NCBI GenBank assembly: GCA_010093605.1
Contig: MU004181.1
Span: 3,472,001-3,536,000, forward strand
Direction: 5' to 3'
Length of the DNA: 64,000 nt
From: Lophium mytilinum
Lineage: Eukaryota
Position numbers and translations under genes: made by a program
In this document: piece by piece, positions 1 through 10,671 of the stretch
Layout of the letters: the number at the start of each line of letters is the position of its first letter
Numbering within the stretch: the stretch's first letter is position 1
The notes under the pieces: generated by a model
What the model was told of the DNA's origin: nothing
Seen by the model: the letters and a program-made list of their open reading frames with translations, nothing else
Database searches by the model: none

Positions 1-959
1 AGTAGTTACCTATATAAAAGGTAATATCTACTACGCATTTTAGTATAATAGAGGGCTTACTATTAGTAAGCTTAAAAATAATAGGTTATAAGAGGGGTTA
101 GGTAGATATTTTATAAAGGCGTGCAGTCTTTAAATAAAGAAACTAAAGCCTAATTCTATATTAGAAAGAATCTTAGTAGTAAATAAATTAGAATTAGATT
201 AGAGGATTCTACCTAAGAAGCTAAACTATTTGCTGTTAACTAGTTAAGGCGTAAGGATAGATATACGCATAATAACCGGCTTAGTTTCTTATTTTAAAAT
301 AGTAATCCTATCTATAACTACTCTTAATTTTTTATTATTAAAGGCTATTAGGGGTTCTTAGTAGTAACTATTACTAAAAACTAAGTATTTTCTATTATCT
401 TATTATAGGTAGAGCTAGTATTTATAGCGCTAATATTAATATTAATACTAGTAAGATTAATCTTATTTATAAGGCTACTAACCTTATAGATTAGAACTAG
501 CTATTAGCTAATATATAGGGCGTTACTATTAGCTATATATCTATACTTAAGATAGTTCTAGTAGTAACCTAGCTACTTAAGGCGGGTAATAGTGTAGTAA
601 TTATAACTAAAGGGGCCTAGAGAATTATTTATAGTAGTAGTAGTTAGAGTAGTATTACTAGTATTATTCTTAAATATACGCTTAGCATTAGTAAGTAGTA
701 GCCGGCGAGGCGCATTAAAGGCTAATCTAGTACCGGTGGCTTTATAGGTATTATATATAGACTTAGAGGCGTTCTTATTCTTATAGATATTCTTATTTAG
801 TTTAATAATATTAAGCTAGAATTCTAAAGTCTAGAGGAATATAATAAAAGTTATAATATTACTATTTTATCTATTAGTAGCCTTATACTTAAGGCTATTA
901 GTAAGATTTTACTATATATAGTAGATCTTTTTAGAGTTCTTAAGATAGAGGGAGGCTAC
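1..959 (-). mobile_element. Outer Gypsy-like element, downstream part (gag C-terminus, knuckle, protease); runs off the left window edge
   Basis: Minus-strand ggt tac tac tag aac tat ctt aag tat aga tat ... cta tat (569-~513) de-RIPs to a C-x2-C-x4-H-x7-C knuckle. A AAA AAT TAA lies at 333-324. att ctt tct aat ata gaa (171-154) de-RIPs to ILS-DTG in the -1 frame. Confidence 0.75.
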
Positions 960-1690
960 TATTATAAACCTAGAACGCGAGCTACTCTAGAATAAGTATT
1001 CTAGAAGGAGAACGGCTCTAGAATAGATATTCTAGAACTAATAGTGTGCTAGAATATAGGCTATTCTAGAATAAATATTCTAGAATAAGTATAGTCCTAG
1101 AATAGAGGTACTAGAACCTAAGGGAACCTAGTATAGTAAGATAGATATAGTTCTAGCTATATCTATATATAGAAGGGTATTTAAAGAATAGTAGAAAGGT
1201 AACTAGAAAAGGTAGTAGTTATAGAATATAAGGTTATATAACTAATCTCCCGGATCTTACTTAGTATAAACGCTAAGGGTAAAATTAAGAAGAGTAGAGG
1301 GTAATCTCTATAATCTTAGTAATCTTATATTAAGAATAGAGATTAAGAAGAGTAGAAAGAGCAGGACTAAATTATATAAAGGTTAAATAACTATAAAAGT
1401 CTAGAGAATTCCCTATTATCTTTTATTCTTTATACTTAACTTCTTATTATATCTAGTATATAGAACTTAATAGCAATTAATTATAACTTAAGTATCTTAA
1501 CTATCTTTATATACTTTTAATACTATTAAAGCTACCTTTCTTCTAATATTCTACTTATTTATACTTAAACCTTATATTATATATTAGCCTATAACGCAGT
1601 TAACTAGTAGATAAGTAGAAACCTAACTATCTAGACTCTTTCCCTAAAGTTTCTTAGTATAATCTTTAGGTAAATAAGTAGTTTATAATA
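960..1690 (+). repeat. 5' LTR (731 bp)
   Basis: Direct repeat of 7905-8635. Termini TATTAT...ATAATA fit RIP-mutated TG...CA ends. Confidence 0.95.
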
Positions 1691-1745
1691 CTTTAAGTAC
1701 CTATAAGTATTAGATACCTATATAATAAGTTAAACTATTCTAGTA

Positions 1746-3764
1746 ATATCTATAACTTTAGAAATAACTAGTTAGCCTACTATAGTATAGCGTATAGCTA
1801 AGTAGAATAGATAGCTTGCGGAGCTATATACTATAATATTATAGCTTTAGATAAAGGTAGAGTAGTAGGCTTAGGTCTAGTTAACTAAGGTACCTTTACT
1901 AAGAAAGTATAATAGTACCTAAGGAAAGCTTAATAGCTTTCTTATAGAAATATAACTTTACCTTTACTATAACTAGGCTATATACCCTAAGAAACCTAAT
2001 AAGGTTCTAGCAGTAGGTATATACCTAGAGGGTGATGCCCTTATATAGTTCTACCTAATAATAGAAAATTTTCTTAATAATTCTATAGATAAATAAGATA
2101 ATAATACTAGAAGAGTCTTTAGAAACTATACTATCTTTAAGAAATATATTAGGGACGTTTATAGAGACTTTAATATAACCTAAACTACTATATATAAACT
2201 CTAGTATCTTAAATAGACTAGAATAGTAGCGGAATATATAGCTAAGTTTTAATAGTATTTAGCGCAACTTAACTAGAATAAGAGCCCCCTAGTTAAATAG
2301 TATTACGCGGGTTTTATAGATAAGATTAAGAATAAGTTTATAAGTATTAACTAACTAACTAAACTTAGTAAGATAGTTAAACTCTATAACTAGATTAATA
2401 ACCGCTATATTAAGAGAATATTAGAAAAGAAAAGCTAGTAGAAACTAGTAGTAACTATAGAAAAGAGATAGAAGTACCCTTAGAATAATTACTACGGGAA
2501 CCTAATAGATTTAGACTATATTAGTAAATAGGCCCTAAGAAAGAAATAGATAAGAAAGAAGAACTCTAAGCCTAACTTTTAGAGGCTAAATAAGGACTAG
2601 CTTAAGAAATAGTATAATAATAATGCGTGCCTATAGTACGGTAAGACCGGCTACTACTAATAAGACTATCTAGCGGGAGAGTTTAAGGGTAGTCTAGAAA
2701 TAAGCACTAATACTAGGGTTACTATAATCTAGAACTAGCTACTAGAGAATATAGAAATTCTACTTAACTAAGTATAGATTAATACTTATATCTAGCGCAA
2801 GGTATACTAGATCTATAGAATACTAACCTACTAAAAACTAGAGTATAAGATAGAATATTAGAAGATCTATATAGACTATAATAGATATAATAAAGAGAAA
2901 CTATTTCTTAAGGGAATTAGGGCCTAGTATACGGACACCTATACTAAGGCATAAAGAATGCATGCAGAGTACTACGCTAGATAAAAGCTTAAAAAAGGAG
3001 AATAGATATATAATATATAAGAGAAACGGGCAGCTTATTATAAGAATAGATAATAGTATAATGTGCTACTATAGATAATATATAAACTAGAGGGATATAA
3101 TATCTATAGTTTATAATAAATAGACGCTAATAGGTAAAGAGTAGTAAAGAAACTAATACCTTATAGAAATATAAGTTTTATAGCGTACTATAATAATAAC
3201 TATTAAATATATTGCTAGGCTAAGAAAGAAAGTAATTACTTTCTTTAGAAGGTAGAATTATAGAAGATAAGGGCGGATACTTTAAGACCCCCTACTAAGG
3301 ATAAACCTATAATGCTAAAATAACCTACTAGTATCTTTATAGATAAAGAGTTAGCTAAAGTAATAAAGAACCTTAATATAGATAAAGATTTTATTATAAT
3401 TAATAATAAAGCCCTAGAAGACTAGGGCTTAAAAGAGTTAGATAATCCTAACGCCTAGAAAAATATTAGCGCTAGAAACTAGCTTAACTAGATAGAAGAG
3501 ACTACGGCGGAACTAATAGACGCCCCTATAGATAAGAAGTCTAGTAATAAGAATAACTATAGAAGTAATAAATACTAAGCACTCTATTAGATATAGTATA
3601 AGAATAGATATAGGCACTACTAAGAAGAAAAGAGAGTAATAGAATAAAATACTAAGAACTAGTACTATCTACTCTTATACTTAGTAGAATACTTTAAGGG
3701 TGCTAAATACTATATCTATAGTATAGACCTATAGCCTAGGGTTCTAATAGATCTAAAAAACTAG
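1746..3764 (+). pseudogene. gag of the inner Gypsy element (RIP-degraded, long C-terminal extension)
   Basis: The knuckle tgc cta tag tac ggt aag acc ggc tac tac taa taa gac tat reads C-x2-C-x4-H-x4-C after de-RIP. The same frame ends at AAA AAC TAG (3756-3764). The start codon (ATA, from ATG) is inferred. Confidence 0.75.
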
Positions 3765-6700
3765 TAGGCTACTAGACTAAGGGATTACTAGAAAATATAG
3801 TAATAATATCCCTAAGAAATATATATAGTATATAGCCCCGGTTATACTTATATATTAACTTTAAAATTAATAGGGGACTTAAAGGGAAAGTATTAGTAGA
3901 TAGTAGAGTATTCTAGAGCTTTATATTACTAAGATAGATAGAAAATAAAGGCCTTCCCTACTAAAAGAAATAGAAACCTAAGAAAGTCTAACTAGCGGAT
4001 AACTAACTACTAGAGTATAGAGGAGAAGTAATTAACCTTAAAATCTAACCTATAATATTATTAGTAGCTAGCTATATAGAGATGCTATATATAAATATTA
4101 TAGATATTAGAGGGCTAGATATAATCCTAGAATAGAATTAGCTCTACCGAAATAACCTAGTAATTAACTAGAAGAAGAGAGAAATAAAACCGGCAGCCTA
4201 GGTGGCTAGGATTAGATAATTAGTTTAGTAATAACTAGAAAACTAGAAGAAAGAACTCTTTATAGAATAAATCTCTTTATATAAAATTAAGAGGATCTAT
4301 AATAAATAACTAGCGGATATAGAAATTATCTAGCTATAATAAATAGCTACTATTAAAGAAATAGTTATAAAAACACTATAAAAGAACTACTTAGAGTTTA
4401 AGGAACTCTTTAAGAAGAATATTAAGAACGCGCTACCTTAGAACTAACTATAGGACTATATAATACTACTTAAGAAAGAAGTAAAGCTAACCCCGGGACC
4501 TATCTATTTATTATCTTAAGATTAGTATAAGGCGCTGCAAGAATATATTAAGATAAACCTAGCTAAGGGCTATATTAAGAAAAGTAAGAGCCTAATAGCC
4601 TTACTAATTCTCTTTATACCTAAGAAGAATAGAAAACTATAACTATATATAGACTATTAAAGACTAAATAATATAATAATTAAGAATTACTACCTATTAC
4701 TACTTATCTAGGAGTTATAAGACTACTTATAAGAAGCTAAGTAGTTTACTAAGTTTAATATCTAAGAGGGATATTACTATGTTAGAATAATGCCCGGCGA
4801 AGAGTAGAAGATAGCCTTTAGAATAAGGTTTAGACTCTATAAGTATAGAGTAATGCCTTTTAGCTTAACTAACGCCCTAGTAATATTCTAAGCGCTTATT
4901 AACTATGCGCTATAATAATATCTTAATATGTTTATAACTGCATATCTAGATAATATATTAGTATATACTAATAGAACCTTAGAAGAATATAAGGAATATA
5001 TATAAAAAGTACTTATAAAGCTATAAGAATTTAAACTTCTAGTATATCTAGATAAAAGTAAGTTTTATGTTATAATAATAGACTTCCTTAGCTTTATTAT
5101 CTCCTGCAACGGGATTAAGATAGACTCTAAGAAGACTGCAGCGGTCTTAGAATAGCTAACGCTATAAAACATAAAGAATATATAGTTATTTCTTAGTTTT
5201 ATAAACTTCTATAGAAAGTTTATTTAAGAATATTTAAAAACTACTGTACCTCTTATAGAGATAACTAAGAAAGATAAAGAATTTTAATAGATAGTAGAAA
5301 CATAGACCGTATTTAATAAACTTAAGAAGAAGTTTACTACTACCCTAATTCTAATAATATTTAACCCGGAACTAGAAATAATAGTTAAGGTAGACGCCTT
5401 AGACTATGCTATAGGCGCTTACTTAAGTTAAAAGTATCTAGATAGGAAACGCCAACTAGTAGTATTCTATTTAAGAAAACTTACTCTAGAAGAACTTAAC
5501 TATAATATCTATAATAAGGAGTTATTAGTAATTATAGTAGTATTTAAGTAATAGAGACCCTACCTTAAAGAACTAAAATACTAGGTAATAGTCTACTCTA
5601 ACTATAAGAACCTTACGGCCTTTACTACTATAAAGCAGTTAAATAGATAATAAGTAAGATAGGTAGAGATGCTAGCCTTATTTAACTTTAAAATCTATTA
5701 CTAGAAAGAATTAGAGAATAGAGCTATAAACGCGCTTAGCCGCTAATTAAACTATATACTTAGTACTAAACTAGTATATAATATAGTACTTGCAAGGGCT
5801 ATAGATAGCACCTTATAATATAATAATCTAAAACTAGCAGTAATACTTAAGATAAGTAACGCTTAGATAGATAAATTCTAGAAAGAAGATAAATATATAG
5901 AGGCCTTCTAATATAACGCTTCTATAATCTTAGATAAAGACGGCAACTAGATATACTTAATAAAAAGAATGTTATAGGTACTAGAAGCGTGCTATAAGAA
6001 ACTTACTAAGAAATACTATAGCGCGCTAATATATAGACACTAAGAATAAGAAAAAACCTTAGAGAGACTCTTAAGGAACTACTAGTTTCCCTAGATAAGG
6101 GTAATAGTAAAAGAAGTAATTAAGAACTATAAAGACTGCAGGAAAAATAGAATAGTAAAATATGTACTCTATAGATTACTTTAGATTCTAAGGGTTCCTA
6201 AATAACTATAGGATTTAGTAATAATAGACTTTATTATAAAGTTACTCCTATTAGTAGAACTAGGGACTAATATAAGCTATAACTTAATCTTAGTACTTAT
6301 TAATTAACTTACTAAATTCTTATACTTTATACTAGTATAAGAAATATATAGTATAGCTAAGCTAGCTTATATAGTACTATAAATCCTACTAAGCAGCTAC
6401 TAGCTACCTAAGGAATTTATTACTAATAGAGATAAACTCTTTATTTTATACTTCTAGAAGACCCTTATAGTAAGGTTAGAAGTAAACTATAAGCTCTTAA
6501 TAAGTTTCTACCTATAGATAGATAGATAGATGGAATAAATAAACTAGACTCTTAAATAGTACCTATAAAACTATATTAACTATTAGTAGAATAACTAGGT
6601 AGAACTACTACCTATAGTATAGTTTACCTATAATAGCGCTAAATTAGCTATAACTAGCAAGTCCCTATTCTATATAAACTACAGCTATAAGCTAGAGGTA

Positions 6701-7306
6701 TATTAAAAAGCTAGGAAAGATATAATAAACGCGTAAATAGTAATAGAAAAGGCGGCGTTACTAAGAAACTTATATATATACCTTAACTAAAGTATTTAAG
6801 CTAGAAATAAGATAACTTAGGCATATATAGATAAGAAGTAGTTAAATAGACTAACCTTTAAGAAGGGGGATAAGGTTTACCTATACTAAAAAAACCTTAA
6901 GACTAGAAGACCTAGTAAAAAACTTAATTATATTTAAATAGAACTATTTAAAATTAATAAAGTTATTAGTTCTATAAACTATAAACTAAAACTACTAAAG
7001 AATATAAAAATCTATCTAGTATTCTACGTGTTACTACTTAAACTAGTACTAGTAAATGCTAAACTCTAAACTACTATATAACTTAAGAAGGAGGATAAAT
7101 ATAAGATTAAAGAAATCTTAGAACTATAGAAGATTAATAATTAGTAGAAGTACTTAGTTAAGTAGAAAGAATAGAAAATAGACTAGAATACCTAGAAACC
7201 TATTAAAAACCTAAGAAACTACTAATAATTAGTAAACTAGTTTTACTAAAGAGATCTAGTAGCGCTGGATTCTAGGTAGAGGGAGACTCTAGGATAGCCT
7301 AATTAA
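3761..7306 (+). pseudogene. pol (PR-RT-RH-IN-chromodomain) of the inner Gypsy element, RIP-degraded
   Basis: The PR, RT, RH, IN and chromodomain motifs all fall in one frame, which is -1 relative to gag. Many RIP-derived TAA/TAG stops. End approximate. Confidence 0.85.
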
Positions 7307-7784
7307 TATTTACTAGTAGGTTAAAGAACCCGGGTAATAGCTATCTAGAGAATTAGGCGGCGGCTAACTTCTCTACCTCTTCTAAATTCTCTAACTTCTT
7401 AATAGAAGTAAGCTTCCGCTTAAATATCTTTTTATAGTAATACTTAAGAAGCTAGAGTTACTTCTAAATATAAATCTTACGCGTAAGTACTACTTACTCT
7501 ACCTCTTTATAAGTAAGTATAGCCGCCTCCGCAGTAACTAGCTAAGCCTAGAGCTTAGCCTCTACTTTCTTAACTTAAGTCTAGTATTTCTTAGTTACTA
7601 CTAGATTATAGAACTTTAGGTTGTAATTAAGGTACTTAGAGTACTAACTAGATATAGTATCTACTAGATAGCGCTAATAGAAGCGCTAATAGTTTCTATA
7701 GGGGGTTAGCATATTATAATTATAATTATAAATCTTAGAGGCTAGACGTTTATAATAGATAGTTAAGGTTTTAACCTTAGGCAT
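7203..7784 (-). pseudogene. Antisense accessory ORF of the Gypsy element: Zn2Cys6-like Cys cluster plus coiled coil (RIP-degraded)
   Basis: Intact ATG at 7784 (MPKVKT...). Six TAT/TAC codons are spaced x2-x6-x8-x2-x7 (7700-7608), followed by an Ala/Glu/Lys/Leu-rich helix. 3' end uncertain. Confidence 0.7.
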
Positions 7785-7904
7785 AGTAAGGAGAAGAAAG
7801 AGTAGAGAATACTACCTTAAGAGTATAGAGGTATCCCCGGCCTTATATAGAACTAAGATAGTATAAATTAACTTTTAGGCTAAAAGCCTTATAGAGGGAG
7901 TAAG

Positions 7905-8635
7905 TATTATAAATCTAGAATATAAGCTACTCTAGAATAAGTGTTCTAGAAGAAGGACGGCCCTAGAATAGATATTTTAGGACTAATAGTATACTAGAAT
8001 ATAGGCTATTCTAGGATAAACGTCCTAGAATAAGTATAGTTCTAGAATAGAGATACTAGAACCTAAGAGAACCTAGTATAGTAAGATAGATGCAGTTCTA
8101 GCTATATCTATATATAGAAGGGTATTTAAAGAATAGTAGAAAAGTAACTAGAAAAGGTAGTAGTTATAGAATATAAGGTTATATAACTAATCTTCTAGAT
8201 CTTACTTAGTATAAACGCTAAGGGTAAGATTAAAAAGAGTAGAGAGTAATTTCTATAATTTTAGTAATCTTATATTAAGAATAGAGATTAAGAAGAGTAG
8301 AGAGAGTAGAACTAAATTATATAAAAGTTAAATAACTATAAGAGTCTAGAGAATTCTCTATTATCTTTTATTTTTTATACTTAACTTCTTATTATATCTA
8401 GTATATAGAACTTAATAGTAATTAATTATAACTTAAGTATCTTAACTATCTTTATATACTTCTAATACTATTAAAGCTACCTTTCTTCTAATATTCTACT
8501 TATTTATACTTAAACCTTATATTACGTATTAGCCCGTAATATAGTTAACTAGTAGGTAAGTAGAAACCTAACTATCTAGACTCTCCCCCTAAAGTCTCTT
8601 AGTATAATCTTTAGGTAAATAGGTAGTTTATAATA
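7905..8635 (+). repeat. 3' LTR (731 bp)
   Basis: Direct repeat of 960-1690 at offset 6945, preceded by a polypurine tract and followed by the TSD GCTAC. Confidence 0.95.
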
Positions 8636-10671
8636 GCTACGCTAGTATTAAAGCGGCCTACCTAAGTTATAATATACTTATCTTTCTTTTATATAAATTT
8701 ACTATTATATAGGTTAGTATATATATTAGCTACTTTATTAAAGGGTCTATAAATCTTATCTAGGTTATTAATTAACTTCTCTATAGAGAGGTATAGCTTA
8801 TTACTATTAGATTTAGCGCGGTAGAAGATTATATTAAATACTTTACTCTTAAGCTAGTTATAAATATATACTATATAATAATATATAGTAGTATATAATA
8901 GTATATAAATATTAAGCTTACTAAGTATCTATATATACTACTATTAGTAGAATAGCTTATTCTTATTACTACTACTAAACTTATCTAGATTAGGGTAGTA
9001 ATATATTATAGTGTATACGCTAGAGTCCTAAATAGGTATAAATAGAGTAGTAGACTTACTCTTAATAGGTTTAAACTATAGAGGCTAGCTAATAGAATAA
9101 TAGTAAAGTAGTACTATAGATATAGAAGAATAAGTACTATTATTATTATTTAAATTATAGTCTAGGTCTAAGAGCTATAGATAAGTCTATTAATAAAGCT
9201 ATTAGTTAAGCTTCTTAATATAAGTAGTAAGCTTCTTATATATCTTCTTAAGATTCTAGTACTTACTATACTAGTAATTATAGTATAGGCGTATCTAGTT
9301 AAGTTTAAGGTTAGCCTAGTAACTACTTATAGCTTACTATAGTTATTTAGTATAATAGGCCTCTAACTCTTATTCTACTATAGCAGTATTATTAGCTATA
9401 TTCTATTTATATTTCTAGTACTTATTCTAGAGGTTATTATAGTACTTATCTTTATTATTAGCTTCTTTAAAGCTAACTTTATATTCTATATAAAGCTTTT
9501 AGAAGAACTTCTACTATATAAGCTTATTCTTATTTACTATAGTAGTAAACTTAGTCTTATTAGTAACTATAAGGTTAATAGTTATAGTACTATTAATATA
9601 ATAGTTAAGAAGCTAGATTAGTAGCTAAATATAGCTCTAGAGGTTACTTTCTTATAGGTTCTCTAGAATATCTATATACTTAGGTTTAGTATTTATAGCC
9701 TATTTAGTTTTATAGTATATAACTAGAATAGACGCTTATTAATCTACTATAGAGACGCGGTAATAAGTAGGGTATAGCTTACTACCTTTAGCTTATATAT
9801 TATTTATATTATTCTTAGTAATAAACTATATAGCGCGCTTATCTAAAATATTTACGCTAGGCGTAATAAAGCTGCCTTTATTATTAGAGTTATAGTCTAG
9901 ATTAAGTTTATTAGTAATAGTCTAGTTCTAGTTAGAGAGTCTAGTAGTATTAACTTACTTATCCGCTAGGCGTTTAAAGCGCTAGGTATTAGCGCGCTAG
10001 GTATTATCTATTACCTATAAAGTAGCTAGTAGAGTTATAGAGTTCTAGGTCTATTTTTAGGTATTTAGAATTAGTTCTCTAGTTTTATAGTAGAAGCTAG
10101 AAATAATAGCTAGAGTAGAAAAGCCTTTAGCTACACCTTAAAAGCGCGTAAGGCGCGTAGTATAGTAGGCTTCTTTATTACTAGTAGTTAGTAGAGTTAT
10201 AGAAGTATATTTTAAAGTATTTAAATTAGCGCTATTTATAGCGCCTAGAGTCTTTAAATCTTCTTAAAGTTTAGCTATTAAATTAATTAGCTTATTTAAA
10301 GAAGGCGGTACTAGATTATAGTCTACTAGATTAGATTTAGGTGCCGCACGTAGCTATATAGCTAGGCTGGTAGAAGAGTATTTAATTAGTTTTAGTAAAA
10401 ACGCCTAGATCTTATAATAGAGTTCTAGAAAAAATTAATAAAATTTTAAGTATAGAAGAGAGAGCTTAGATTATATAGGGGGCTAATATAATATAAGTAA
10501 TAAGGTATATTAACTATTATAAAAATCTAAGCTAAGAAGAAAAGAGAGAGCTAGAAGCTTTTAAGAGGTTGTAGTTTAATACTAGCGTATAGGCTATAGC
10601 CTAGCGCTAGGCTAGCATTTTACTTAGGTTATATAAGGGGCGGTATATAACCTTAGTATATAATTATTATA
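8636..10671 (-). mobile_element. Outer Gypsy-like element, upstream part (gag N-terminal region and possible LTR)
   Basis: RIP-mutated sequence. The minus-strand frame continues across the TSD (GRFNTSVA|SLYL) and contains a P(D)(P)DKF gag-like motif near 8975-8997. A candidate LTR at 10413-10671 (TATAATA...TATTATA) is tentative because its partner would lie outside the window. Confidence 0.6.

Larger units (their letters stand above)
960..8635 (+). mobile_element. Full-length Gypsy/Ty3 chromovirus LTR retrotransposon, RIP-inactivated
   Basis: Two 731-bp direct LTRs flanked by a 5-bp TSD GCTAC (955-959, 8636-8640). RIP-mutated domains occur in Gypsy order: gag CCHC knuckle (~2628-2670), protease LVDS(G) (~3893-3907), RT YLD(D)ILVY (4943-4966), RNase H DA(S)DYAIGA (~5393), integrase IT(D)RD (~6419), chromodomain YLVK(W)K..NT(W)(E)P (~7100-7215). 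Purine tract at 7893-7904. Confidence 0.97.

Noticed and set aside
944..954. ATAGAGGGAG just before the 5' LTR, resembling the PPT before the 3' LTR (possible tandem element sharing an LTR)
   Set aside because: The GCTAC TSD and the continuous outer gag frame across the junction explain it as target sequence; similarity does not extend further.
960..1135. CRISPR-like regularly spaced short repeats
   Set aside because: Eukaryotic LTR; units are 6-8 bp with short irregular spacers and there are no cas genes.
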